Below, in pieces: positions 28,354 to 38,300 of a stretch of DNA of 54,410 bases. Location: positions 1 to 54,410 of IMG/VR virus record IMGVR_UViG_3300044739_000092. The stretch is one strand, 5' to 3'. Position numbers and translations under genes: made by a program. How positions within the stretch are numbered: the stretch's first letter is position 1; the number at the start of each line of letters is the position of its first letter. The stretch comes from a virus (lineage: Duplodnaviria; Caudoviricetes). A model generated the notes under the pieces. The model was not told the origin of the DNA, searched no databases, and was given only the letters and a program-made list of their open reading frames with translations.

Positions 28354-30153
28354 GTGGATGCGTTCGCCAATGAGGCGACGACGACGCTGAACGGTGCGGT
28401 CCTGGCCGGTGCCACGTCGATGGTCGTCACCTCCGCCACGGGGTTCCCGGCTACGGCGCCGTACCTGGCCCGTGTCTCCGGGACGTTGACGGCGGGCGGG
28501 ACTGGCGTCGAGTACGTGCGGGTCACCGCCGGGGCGGGCACGACCACGTGGACGGTCGCGCGTGGCGTGGAGGCGCCGTACAGCACCGGGCTGGGGTTCG
28601 CGACCGCCGCGAAGGTCGAGGCGGTCTTCACCGCGGCGCAGCTCTCCGCGCTCGGCGGCCGGTTCGTGTCGGTGAAGGACCCGCAGTACGGCGCGAAGGG
28701 CGACAACGCCACCTCCGACACGGCGGCGATCAACGCGGCGATCACCGCGGCCAACGCTGCTGGTGGCGGTGTGGTGTTCATGCCACCCGGCACGTACTAC
28801 AACACCGGCACGATCGCGATGAAGGCGAACGTGGTCCTCCTCGGTTCCGGCCGGCAGGCCACCGTCATCCGGTGTGCGGCCGCCGCGACGGTGGGTGTGT
28901 CGATCTACGGCACGGACACGGCGAACCACCTGTACTACGCCGGCATCGAGCACCTGACCCTTGATGGTGACGACGGGACCGGGACGATCCTCGACGTGGC
29001 GTACGCGTCCGAGGTTCACCTTCGGGCCCTGTACATCCACAACAACCAGGGCTACGGCATGGATCTGGTCGAGGTGTGGGACTCGACGTTCTTCGACCTG
29101 TTCCTCGAGTTCACCGGCGGGACGACCGCCGGTGTCTCGTCCTTGCGTGTCATCGACTCCCGCGCCGCATCGGGGTTCGGGGCGGGTAACGACAGCTCCA
29201 ACGAGCTGTACTTCAAGAACCTGCACATCGAGCATTTCCGCGGCGGCGCGATCAAGGTCGAGCACGGGCCCGGCACCGGCGGGAACAACGGCATCTACTT
29301 CGACACGGTGAAGGTCGAGACGGCGTTCCTCGTTCAAGGCTCCACCGCGATCGAGGTCCAGCAGCAGACCGCGCGGATCCACCTGAAGAACGTCTACATG
29401 TACCTGGCGGCGTTCCTGACGGGGACGACGGTGGCGACCGGCATCAAGATGAACTCGGCGGGGCAGTCGTCGCTGAGGGACTGCTTCATCGGCAACGACG
29501 CGGTGGCGACGATCGGCGCCGCGGTGGACTTGGCGAACGGGTCGGCGCAGTCGTGCGTGATCGACAACGTCACCGGCGGCTACGGCACCGCGCCGACTGT
29601 GGCGCATCTGCGGCGCACGTCCGGTAGCGGGTACGTGGTCAACAACGTGAACGCCAACCTCGGGACGCTGTCGACCGGGCTGGAGGACGTGCAGAACCCG
29701 GCGTTGAAGTCGACAGCGGAAGCCTTCCGGTCGATCTCGGCGAATCAGACCACGACGTCCACCGCGGCGGTGGACCTGACGAACTTCGTGTTCCAGGTCG
29801 AGTCCGGGGCGACGTACATCCTCGAGGTGAACTTCATCAACCAGTCGTCCATCACGACGGCGGGGCCGCGGTACGCGATCGGCGGTACCGGTTCGGTTGC
29901 GGCGGCGGTGGGTGGGTGGTTGCGGATGTGGACGTCTACGTCGGCTGCGGTGAACACGATGATCACTGCGACGGGTGCTTCGACGGGGACGAATGTGGGG
30001 ACGGCGACGACGTCGTTTGTGACGGAGGGCCGGTTCCGGATTGTGCCGTCCGCGGCGGGGGCGTTGGCGATTCGGTGGAACATGTCGGCGGCTGGGACGG
30101 CGACGCTGGTGGCCGGTTCGTATGCGCGGTTGACGCGCGTCGGCGCGGTCTGA
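28354..30153 (+). CDS. Right-handed beta-helix (pectate lyase 3-like) fibre/depolymerase
   Basis: VSVKDPQYGAKGDNATSDTAAINAAI...VVFMPPGTY...LLGSG followed by beta-helix-like repeats. Confidence 0.8.
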   Translation: MDAFANEATTTLNGAVLAGATSMVVTSATGFPATAPYLARVSGTLTAGGTGVEYVRVTAGAGTTTWTVARGVEAPYSTGLGFATAAKVEAVFTAAQLSALGGRFVSVKDPQYGAKGDNATSDTAAINAAITAANAAGGGVVFMPPGTYYNTGTIAMKANVVLLGSGRQATVIRCAAAATVGVSIYGTDTANHLYYAGIEHLTLDGDDGTGTILDVAYASEVHLRALYIHNNQGYGMDLVEVWDSTFFDLFLEFTGGTTAGVSSLRVIDSRAASGFGAGNDSSNELYFKNLHIEHFRGGAIKVEHGPGTGGNNGIYFDTVKVETAFLVQGSTAIEVQQQTARIHLKNVYMYLAAFLTGTTVATGIKMNSAGQSSLRDCFIGNDAVATIGAAVDLANGSAQSCVIDNVTGGYGTAPTVAHLRRTSGSGYVVNNVNANLGTLSTGLEDVQNPALKSTAEAFRSISANQTTTSTAAVDLTNFVFQVESGATYILEVNFINQSSITTAGPRYAIGGTGSVAAAVGGWLRMWTSTSAAVNTMITATGASTGTNVGTATTSFVTEGRFRIVPSAAGALAIRWNMSAAGTATLVAGSYARLTRVGAV

Positions 30154-30157
30154 CCTG

Positions 30158-31912
30158 ATGGCCCTCCTCGGCGCTGTCCTGCCCGGTGCGGCTGTGCCGG
30201 GGGCTGGCACGGTCGGTGCCACTTTGACCGGCGCGGCGGCATTGTCCGGTGCCGGGGCCCTGACGGCCGGCGGGACGCTCGCGCTGCCGGGTGCGGTCAC
30301 GATGTCCGGTGCCGGCGCGGTCACGGCGGGCGGCACCCTGGGCGTGGCTGCTGCGGTCACGATGTCCGGTGCTGCCGCGCTGGCGGCGGATGCGACGGTC
30401 CCGGGGCCGTTCTTCGTGGAGCGGTACGAGGGCGGCACGCAGGGCGCGACGGCGACCACCAGCAACACGGGCTGGTCGTCGTTCTCGTCGGCGTCGCAGC
30501 AGACGTTCGACAACACGCATTCGGTGTCCGGTGGCCTGGCGGTGAAGGTCGCGGTCACGGCGAACACGGCCTACGCGACGAAGACGTTCACCGCCGCGAG
30601 TTTGCAGTCGCAGCGCTTCTACCTGTGGATGGACGCCTTCCCGTCGGCGGCCACACTGCTCGCGCGGCTGCTGTCTGGCACGACGGAGCGCGCGGCGTTG
30701 CGGATGAACGCCGACGGGACGGTCACGGTCCGGAACGCGCTCGTCGCCACCGGCACCGCCACCGGGGCCCTGCCGCTGGGGCAGTGGGTGCGGTTGGAGT
30801 GGAAGGTCGACGGGCCGGGCGGCGTGCAGGAGTTGCGCGCGTTCTGGGGCGCGAACATCGACGGCACCGTCCCGAACACTGCCGCGGGGTCTCCGGTGTT
30901 CACGAACGCGACGTTCGACACGTACCGGCTGGGGTCGCAGACGGCGGCGGACTGGACCGTTTGGTACGACGATGTGGCGCTGTCGGACCTGGCGGCATAC
31001 CCGGCGCCCACCTTGTTCCCCGCGACGGTGGGAATGGCCGCGGCGGGCGCGCTGGGCGCGGCGGCCGGGCAGACCCACGGCGGGGCTGTCGCCATGACAG
31101 CCGGCGGGACACTGTCCACGGGCGGCCTGGTCACCAAGCCGGCCGCGGTCGCCATGTCGGCGGACGGGGCGCTCTCGGCTGCGGCGGTGCGAACGGTCGG
31201 GGCTTCGGTCACGATGACGGCGACGGCCGCGCTGTCCGCGGACGCGGCGGTCACCAAACCGGCCGCTGTCGGCCTGTCGGCTGACGGTTCGATGTCCGTG
31301 TCCGGTATAGCTGTCCGCCCGGCGGCGGTCACGCTGTCGGGGCTGGGCGTGCTGTCGGCTGGCGCGGTGAACACGACCGCGGCCGCGGTGTCACTGTCTG
31401 GGTCCGGCAGCCTGTCGGCCGTGTCCGGCGGGCTCGTGTCCGGCGGGGCGACGTTCACGGCCGGTGGCACGCTCGCCGCCGCGGGAGCCCGCGCGGCGGT
31501 GACGGCTGTCGCCTTGTCGGCGGACGGAACGATGACGGCGGCGGCGCTGCGTGCCGCGGTCTCCGGCGTCACCCTGTCGGCGACCGGTGCGCTCCTGGCG
31601 ACCGCGTTGCGGACCACGTCCGGTTCGGTACCGATGGCCGCAGTGGGAACGCTGACTGTCGGGGCGTTGCTGAACCGGCCGGGCTCGGTGTCGCTGTCGG
31701 CCGACGGGCTGCTGACGGCGTCGGGAACCGGTACCCCGCCGCCGGTGTCCGGCCGAACCCGGATCCGGCGGACGCAAGCCACGGCCACCGTCCGAGACAC
31801 ATCCCCGCGACCGCTGGTCAGCGCCATGTCCGCACGCGGGCCTGTCACCGACACAACGAGCCGGACGCGTGTCTATGTCACCTCGGCCCCGGGAAGGGTG
31901 TCACATGACTGA
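30158..31912 (+). CDS. Ala/Gly/Thr-repeat fibre protein with an internal beta-sandwich (lectin-like) domain
   Basis: More than 12 copies of an ~19-21 aa repeat AAV.(M/L)S(G/A).G.L(S/T)A flanking a domain with GQWVRLEW and WYDDVALSD. Confidence 0.65.
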   Translation: MALLGAVLPGAAVPGAGTVGATLTGAAALSGAGALTAGGTLALPGAVTMSGAGAVTAGGTLGVAAAVTMSGAAALAADATVPGPFFVERYEGGTQGATATTSNTGWSSFSSASQQTFDNTHSVSGGLAVKVAVTANTAYATKTFTAASLQSQRFYLWMDAFPSAATLLARLLSGTTERAALRMNADGTVTVRNALVATGTATGALPLGQWVRLEWKVDGPGGVQELRAFWGANIDGTVPNTAAGSPVFTNATFDTYRLGSQTAADWTVWYDDVALSDLAAYPAPTLFPATVGMAAAGALGAAAGQTHGGAVAMTAGGTLSTGGLVTKPAAVAMSADGALSAAAVRTVGASVTMTATAALSADAAVTKPAAVGLSADGSMSVSGIAVRPAAVTLSGLGVLSAGAVNTTAAAVSLSGSGSLSAVSGGLVSGGATFTAGGTLAAAGARAAVTAVALSADGTMTAAALRAAVSGVTLSATGALLATALRTTSGSVPMAAVGTLTVGALLNRPGSVSLSADGLLTASGTGTPPPVSGRTRIRRTQATATVRDTSPRPLVSAMSARGPVTDTTSRTRVYVTSAPGRVSHD

Positions 31913-32567
31913 CGTAGGCGACGCTGTCACCCTGACGATGGAGACGACAACCGGCGCCACTGTCACCGCCACGGTGACACACCCAGGTGGCGTGACGGAC
32001 AACCCGGTGACCGTGGCAGAGTCCCCCGCCAGTTCGGGCCTGTACCCGTTCACGTATGTCCGCGAGGCCGGGCGCGCGGTCGTCACGTTCGTCGCCGCCG
32101 GCACAGTCACCGCGCGAGAGCGGTACGTCGTACTGACGGAGGACGGCCCGCTGCCGTACGCGACGGTCGACGATGTGCAGGCCGTGTTCGGCGGGCAAGA
32201 CGACGCGCAGGTGACGCTGACGGAGCAGATGCTGGAACGGGCGTCACGCCAGATGCGCCGCGCGGTCCCCTCGCTGGAAGCGAACCTCGCCGCGGGCACC
32301 GTGTCGTGGTTCGACGCGCGGGACGTGGCGGTGGCGATGGTGCTGCGGGTGCTGCGGAACCCGGCAGCGTTGCAGAACGAAAGCGCCGGACCGTTCTCCG
32401 TGAACTACAACTTCCGGCTGGCGGCAGGGTTCCTGTTCGTCGGCCAAGACGAGCTGACGCAGATCGCGCCGCCGGCCCCGGCCTCGAGCATGGGCGGGGT
32501 CGGTTCGGTCGGCTTCGGGCTGCGCGACCGCTGCACAACCGGGCTCGACTGGCCGGTGCCGCGGTGA
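31905..32567 (+). CDS. Head-to-tail adaptor with an extra N-terminal domain
   Basis: YATVDDV...AS..MR...VAMVLRVLRNP...ESAGPFS. Confidence 0.8.
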   Translation: MTDVGDAVTLTMETTTGATVTATVTHPGGVTDNPVTVAESPASSGLYPFTYVREAGRAVVTFVAAGTVTARERYVVLTEDGPLPYATVDDVQAVFGGQDDAQVTLTEQMLERASRQMRRAVPSLEANLAAGTVSWFDARDVAVAMVLRVLRNPAALQNESAGPFSVNYNFRLAAGFLFVGQDELTQIAPPAPASSMGGVGSVGFGLRDRCTTGLDWPVPR

Positions 32568-32893
32568 GGTTCCAGCACGGGCAGACGATCATCCGGATCC
32601 GCCGCACCTCGACGGGAACGGACGACTACGGCAACGAGGAGTTCACGACCGACGAGGTCGCGGTCCACGGTGTCGGTGTGGCACCGCGGTCGTCGTCGGA
32701 ACGCGAGCAGGGCGAGACGACGGTGATCGTCGGGAAGGCCCTGTACGTGCCGCCCGGGGTGTCGATCCTCGCGTCGGACCAGTTCCGCATCGGCGACATC
32801 GTGTATCAGGTCGAGGGCGAGCCGGGCGAGTGGACGTCACCGTTCACCGGCACCCAGTTCGGGACCGAAGTCGCGATCCGGAGGGTGTACTGA
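32564..32893 (+). CDS. Head-to-tail stopper
   Basis: DDYGN...VAP...D.F.I....YQVEGEP.EW.SPFTG. Confidence 0.8.
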   Translation: MRFQHGQTIIRIRRTSTGTDDYGNEEFTTDEVAVHGVGVAPRSSSEREQGETTVIVGKALYVPPGVSILASDQFRIGDIVYQVEGEPGEWTSPFTGTQFGTEVAIRRVY

Positions 32894-33216
32894 TGGCCGA
32901 CGGCTACGACGCAAACTACGCGGGAATCGGCGAGATGCTGTGCATGCCGGGAATGGTCGCCGACATGCGGCGCCGCGCCGAGAAGGTCAAGGACTTCGCC
33001 GAGGCCACCGCCCCCGTGGACGACAGTGGGCCGCACCCCGGCCGGTACAAGGCCGCGTTCCACGTCGACTCCGGCATCCAGCAGGGCAAGACCCGCCGAG
33101 CGTTCGGCCGGGTCACCAACGACTCCCCCGAAGCGTTCTACGTCGAATACGGCAACCGGAACGTCCCCAAGCACCGCACCCTCGGCACAGCCCTCACCGC
33201 CGCAGCAGGAGACTAA
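32893..33216 (+). CDS. HK97 gp10-like neck protein
   Basis: APVD...GRYK...A.YVEYG. Confidence 0.8.
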   Translation: MADGYDANYAGIGEMLCMPGMVADMRRRAEKVKDFAEATAPVDDSGPHPGRYKAAFHVDSGIQQGKTRRAFGRVTNDSPEAFYVEYGNRNVPKHRTLGTALTAAAGD

Positions 33217-33228
33217 GGAGCCCGCAGC

Positions 33229-33456
33229 ATGAAGAAGATCCGCATCAGCTACAGCCCCGACAACAGCCAGATCGGCACCGTCCGGGAAGTCGAAGACGAC
33301 GAGGCCCGCACGATGGTCCGTGAAGGCCGGGGCGTCCTCGTCGACTCCGACAAGGGGCCCAAGGCCGCCGGCCGATCCGCCGCGACCGGGTCACCCGGAA
33401 CGGCCACCGTGTCCTCCCCCGCGGGCACGTCGAGCTCGACCGCCACGGGTTCCTGA
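33229..33456 (+). CDS. Hypothetical protein
   Basis: AAGGAG RBS. Confidence 0.6.
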   Translation: MKKIRISYSPDNSQIGTVREVEDDEARTMVREGRGVLVDSDKGPKAAGRSAATGSPGTATVSSPAGTSSSTATGS

Positions 33457-33459
33457 CCG

Positions 33460-33852
33460 ATGCCGTACGCCAGCGTCGAGAAGCTGCTCGTCGCATGGCT
33501 GGAAACGCATCTGACCGCCGAAGCGCGGGTGGTCACGGAGCTGCCCGCCGACCTGGCGTCGAAGCTGCCCGTTGTTCGCGTCACGAAGTTCGGTGGGGCC
33601 GACGATGTGCTGACCATCGACCGGCCGACCGTGGACGTCGACTGCTACGCCGTGAGCCGTGGAGCTGCCGAAGACCTCGCCGAGCAGGTGCGTGACCTGC
33701 TGCGGTTCACACTCCGGGGTCAGACCGTCGGCGGTGTGACCGTGTCACGGACACGGACGATGGTCGGCCCCCACTGGCTGCCGTACGACGACACGGCCCT
33801 GCGCCGCAGCGGCGCGTCGTACGAGCTGACCATCCGCCGACCACTGAACTGA
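33460..33852 (+). CDS. Tail terminator
   Basis: TELP..L...PVVRV.K.GG.D....D.P.VDVDCYA. Confidence 0.8.
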   Translation: MPYASVEKLLVAWLETHLTAEARVVTELPADLASKLPVVRVTKFGGADDVLTIDRPTVDVDCYAVSRGAAEDLAEQVRDLLRFTLRGQTVGGVTVSRTRTMVGPHWLPYDDTALRRSGASYELTIRRPLN

Positions 33853-33921
33853 TTCCCAACCCTCTGTCACCCCGGCCCGACCGGGGTGTTCCCGCCTGCC
33901 CGCACGAAGGAGACCTGAGAC

Positions 33922-34491
33922 ATGGCGAGCAACGAAGACTTCATGCGAGCCGGCGCAACCGGCGTCGGGTGGACGGGCGCCGTCGGCGTCACGTTCCCCA
34001 CCGGCTTCGCGACACCCGCGACGGGCTGGACCGATGTCGGCTACATCTCCGACGACGGTCTGACGCAGGGCATGTCCGAGGAGCGGAAGTCGTGGACGCC
34101 GTGGGGCCGTACCGCCCCGGTGAAGACGCAGCTCACGAAGGCCGAGAAGACGTTCAAGATCGTCATGTGGGAGACGAACGTCACGACGCTGGGCCTGTAC
34201 TACAAGCAGCCCGCGTCCGCACTGATCCCGGACGTGACGACGGACATCATCAACTTCACCGACGCGAACGGCCTGGACCAGGACCAGCGGGCGTTCCTGT
34301 TCGACGTCGCGGACGGCGCGAACAACCTGATCCGGCACGCTATCCCGCTCGGTGAGGTCACCGGCCGCGGGGACATCGTGAACAAGACCGACGAGATCAT
34401 CGCCTACGAGATCACGATCACCGCCTACCCGGGTTCCGACGGCGTGTCCGTGCACTCCTACTTCAAGCTCGCCGGGATCGAGGGCGCCTGA
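33922..34491 (+). CDS. Major tail protein
   Basis: VGYISDDG...WG...ETN...GEV..RGDI......AYEITITAYP. Confidence 0.88.
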   Translation: MASNEDFMRAGATGVGWTGAVGVTFPTGFATPATGWTDVGYISDDGLTQGMSEERKSWTPWGRTAPVKTQLTKAEKTFKIVMWETNVTTLGLYYKQPASALIPDVTTDIINFTDANGLDQDQRAFLFDVADGANNLIRHAIPLGEVTGRGDIVNKTDEIIAYEITITAYPGSDGVSVHSYFKLAGIEGA

Positions 34492-34835
34492 TGGCCGCGG
34501 AAAAGGCACTGGCGGCTGTGCAGGCCGAGGTCGAGGCCGAGGACAACGACGGTTCGGTCGTCGTGGAGCTTGTCACCGACGACGGCGCGGAGGACATCAG
34601 CGTTCCGTCGCCGGGCAGGTGGAAGGCGCGGGCGCAGCGGATGCTCGCGCAGGGCGACTTCGACTCGTGGGCCGAGGTTGTGCTGCCCGAGGCTGACCGG
34701 GCGAAGTGGGTCGAACTCGACCCGACGAACGATGACGTGCAGGCGTTCTTCGAGAAGTGGAAGGACGTGGGCGGGCAGGACACGGGAAAATCGTCGAGCT
34801 CGCGGCGCTCCTCGAAGGGCACAGCGAGGCGGTAG
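34491..34835 (+). CDS. Tail assembly chaperone (short form, gpG-like)
   Basis: Between the major tail and tape measure genes; contains a slippery site. Confidence 0.82.
   Translation: MAAEKALAAVQAEVEAEDNDGSVVVELVTDDGAEDISVPSPGRWKARAQRMLAQGDFDSWAEVVLPEADRAKWVELDPTNDDVQAFFEKWKDVGGQDTGKSSSSRRSSKGTARR
34784..34790 (+). promoter_or_regulatory. Programmed -1 frameshift site GGGAAAA
   Basis: ACG GGA AAA TCG; the -1 frame reads GKIVELAALL... and stays open to 35311. Confidence 0.85.
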
Positions 34836-35311
34836 AAGCCGACATCGCCCACCACTATCCGGGCCGGGACCTGCGGGACCTGTTCCGGGGGCGGATGACG
34901 TGGCGCGAGCTCGGGGTGCTGATCGACCATCTGCCGTCGGAGTCGGCGACGGTGACCGCGATCCGTGACGGCATGACCCCGGAGCAGTTGGCGGCGTTGC
35001 CGAAGCCTGATGGTCACGGGCCGTGGTCGCGGGTGGAGGCCCTCCTGGCCGATGTCTACGACCAGCTGGGGTGGCTGATCTACGCGGTCGCCGCGGCGAA
35101 TGGCGGGAAGCCGCAGGAGCCGAAGCCGATGGCCCGGCCCGGTGTGGGTTCGTCGTTCCGGGTGCCGCCGTCGGCCGAGGTCATGGGCCACATGGTGGCG
35201 ATGCGGAACCGGCCCGGCGCCACACCGCTGCGGGGCGCCGGCCCGAAGGACCGTGCCGCGGCGGCACGTCACCTGACCGAGATGCGGAACCGTGAAGGGG
35301 GTGGCCCGTGA
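34784..35311 (+). CDS. Tail assembly chaperone frameshift extension (gpGT-like)
   Basis: EADI.HHY..DLRDL.RG.MTWREL..LI.HLP.ES; overlaps the tape measure start. Confidence 0.8.
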   Translation, partial: GKIVELAALLEGHSEAVEADIAHHYPGRDLRDLFRGRMTWRELGVLIDHLPSESATVTAIRDGMTPEQLAALPKPDGHGPWSRVEALLADVYDQLGWLIYAVAAANGGKPQEPKPMARPGVGSSFRVPPSAEVMGHMVAMRNRPGATPLRGAGPKDRAAAARHLTEMRNREGGGP

Positions 35312-38300
35312 CGTCTCCCATCAACGTCGGCTCCGTCGGGGTCACGGTCGTCCCCGACGCGCGCCGGTTCGCGCCGATGATGCGGCAGCAACTGAACCCG
35401 CAGGCGAAGAAGCTCGGCGAGGACATCGGCCGGGACATCTCCGACGGCATCGCGAAGAAGCTGCGTGCGGGGAAGACGCCGACGATCGGCGTGGACGCGG
35501 ACACAGGCAAGGCGCGGGCGGAGCTCGACCGGGTCGGCGCGCAGGCGGACCGGCTGGGCCGGTCGTCGCCGACCATCGGGGTCGACGTCGACACCGGTGG
35601 TGCGCACGCCAAGCTGACCGCTTTGCAGTCGCAGGCGGCGTTCACGGGTATCGGGCTGGCCGGCCTGGCCGGGGCGGGGCTGCTGATCGGCGGCGCGATC
35701 GTCCCCGCAGCGGCGGCCGCGGCGGTCGCGGTGGCCGGTATCGGAACGGCCGCCCTGGCCGCCGGTGTGGGCCTGGGCACGCTGGCGTTGGGGTTCGCCG
35801 GCATCGGCGGGGCGGTGAAGGCGCTGGGTGAGGCTCAGCGGGACGCCGGGAAGAACACTGCCACGGTGGCGGCCCGGCAGACGCAGGTCGCCGCGGCCGT
35901 GGATCAGGTCCGGTCGGCCGAGTCGTCGCTGGCGAATGCGCGCGCGAACGCCGCGGACGGCGCCCGCCGGGCCGCGGAGCAGGTCCGCACCGCGGAACAG
36001 GCACTCGCGCAGGCGCAGCAGCAGGCCCGTGCCGCGCAGGAAGGGCTCACGCAGGCCCGGCGGGACGCCCGGCAGGCCATGCAGGACCTGGCGTTGCAGG
36101 TCGCCGGCGGGGCCCTCGCGCAGCGGCAGGCGAACCTGGATGTGCGGCGGGCGAAGATCGAACTCGACCGGGTGATCGCGGACCCGAAGGCGACTTTGAT
36201 GCAGCGGCAGCAGGCGCAGCTGTCGTACGAGCAGGCCGTGCAGCAGCTCGACGAGCAGACGGTGCGGAATCAGCGGCTCCGGCAGGAGAAGACTGCCTCG
36301 GACCGGGCTGGTGTGAACGGGTCGCGGCAGGTCGCTGCGGCGCAGGACCAGATCGTGACGGCAACCGAACGTGTCCGTGCCGCCCGCCGCGATGTGGCGC
36401 AGGCCCGCATTCAGCAGGCGACGCAGGAGCGGCAGTCGGCGTTCGCGATCGCGCAGGCGCAGCAGGCCGTGGTGTCGGCGCAGCGTTCCCTTCAGACGGC
36501 GACCGTGTCCGCGGGGACGGCGGGGTCGGCGGCGATGCTGAAGCTGAAGCAGGAGATGGACGGCTTGTCGCCGGTCGGGCAGCGGTTCGCCCGGTTCCTG
36601 TTCTCGCTGAAGCCGCGCCTGGACGCGCTCCGTGCGACCGCGCAGGCCGGGATCCTCCCCGGGGTCCACGCTGGGATCGTCTCGCTGCTGCCGCTGTTCC
36701 CGCAGCTGAACCGTCTCGTCGCGTCCGTCGCCGGCGTGTTCGGCGACATGTTCGCCTCAGCTGGGCGGGCGCTGACGTCGCCGTTCTGGCGCGGCTTCTT
36801 CGACTACCTGGTTGCCACCGCGGCGCCGACGCTGATGCAGATGGGTCAGGTCGTCGGGAACTTGATGCGCGCGTTCGCGGGCCTGTTCATGGCGTTCGAC
36901 CCGGCGGCGAAGGACTTCGGCGGCGGCCTGGTGGAGATGACCGGCCGGTTCGCCGACTGGTCGGCGGGGCTGCGGGACAACCGGGGGTTCCAGGAGTTCC
37001 TGGCCTACATCCGGGAGCAGGGCCCGAAGGTCGTCGCGGTGATCGCGTCGGTCGCCGCGGGTGGTGCGCAGCTGGTTCAGGCGTTGGCCCCGATCGGCGG
37101 GGTCATTCTGGACGGGATCAGTGCTCTCGGTGACGGCCTGTCGGCGATCCCGGCCGAGGTTCTGACGGTCATCGCCATCGGCATCGGCGTGACGACCGTG
37201 GCCGTGTGGGGGCTGAACATCGCGCTCGGTGTGATCGCGGCGAACCCGGTGGTGTTGTGGGCCCTGGCGGTCGGTGTGGCGATCACGGCCCTGGCCGCGG
37301 CGGTGGTGTTCGCGTGGAACAAGTTCCCGGCGTTCCGGGCCGCGGTGATGGCCGCTTGGCAGGGCATCGTTGCCGCGTCGAAGTGGGCGTGGGAGAACGT
37401 CCTCAAGCCCACGTTCAACGCGATCTCGGACGTGATCATGCACGTCATCGTGCCCGCCGTGATGTGGCTGTGGCGCAACGTCGTCGAGCCGGCGTTCACA
37501 GCGATCGGCGCCATCGTGTCGTTCTGGTGGAACAACATCGTCAGGCCCTACTTCACCGCCGTCATGTGGCTGATCCGCAACGTCGTGGGCCCGGTCTTCC
37601 TGTGGCTGTGGCGCAACGTGATCCAGCCCGCGTTCACCGGAATTCGGGTCGCGATCTCAATCGCGTGGGCGTCGATCCGGGTCGTCTTCGGGCTGATCCA
37701 GATCGGTCTCAAGGTCCTGTCGGCGCCGTTCCTGTGGCTGTGGCGCGGCGTCGTCCGCCCTGTGTTCGAGGGCATCGGCTTGCTCATCGGAGTCACATGG
37801 CGGAACGTGATCCGACCCATCTTCCAGGCGTTGGGCGGGTTCATCGAAAAGTACGTGGCGCCCGGGTTCGCCGCCGGCGTGAAGGCCGTCGGGAAGGCGT
37901 GGGACAAGATCCGGGACATCGCGAAGGTCCCGGTGAAGTTCGTCATCGACACCGTGCTGAACAAGGGCATCCTGGCCGGGTACAACAAGGTCGCGAAGCT
38001 GTTCAAGGTCAAGCCGGACAACGTGCAGATCCCGTTGCCGAAGGGCTTCGCCGAGGGCGGCATCTTCCCCGGGTACACGCCGGGGCGGGACGTGGGCATG
38101 ATCGGCGTCTCCGGTGGTGAGGCGATCATGCGGCCGGAGTGGACCCGCGCCGTCGGGCCCGGCTACGTGGATGCCGCGAACCAGGCCGCGCGGGTCGGCG
38201 GCACCGAGGGTGTGCGCCGGTGGATGGGCGGGTTCGCCGACGGCGGGATCGTCGGCTGGATCACCAAGCCCCTCGACGCGCTGAAGGAACTCGGCAATTC

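Noticed and set aside
25924-30567. 1547-aa minus-strand ORF and other long antisense ORFs (e.g. 37657-39804, 24947-26842, 19178-20815)
   Set aside because: Shadows of well-supported + strand genes in high-GC DNA; Arg/Pro-rich with no motifs
30158-31760. DNA tandem repeats in the fibre gene
   Set aside because: Repetition is at protein level with divergent codons, as expected for a fibre repeat
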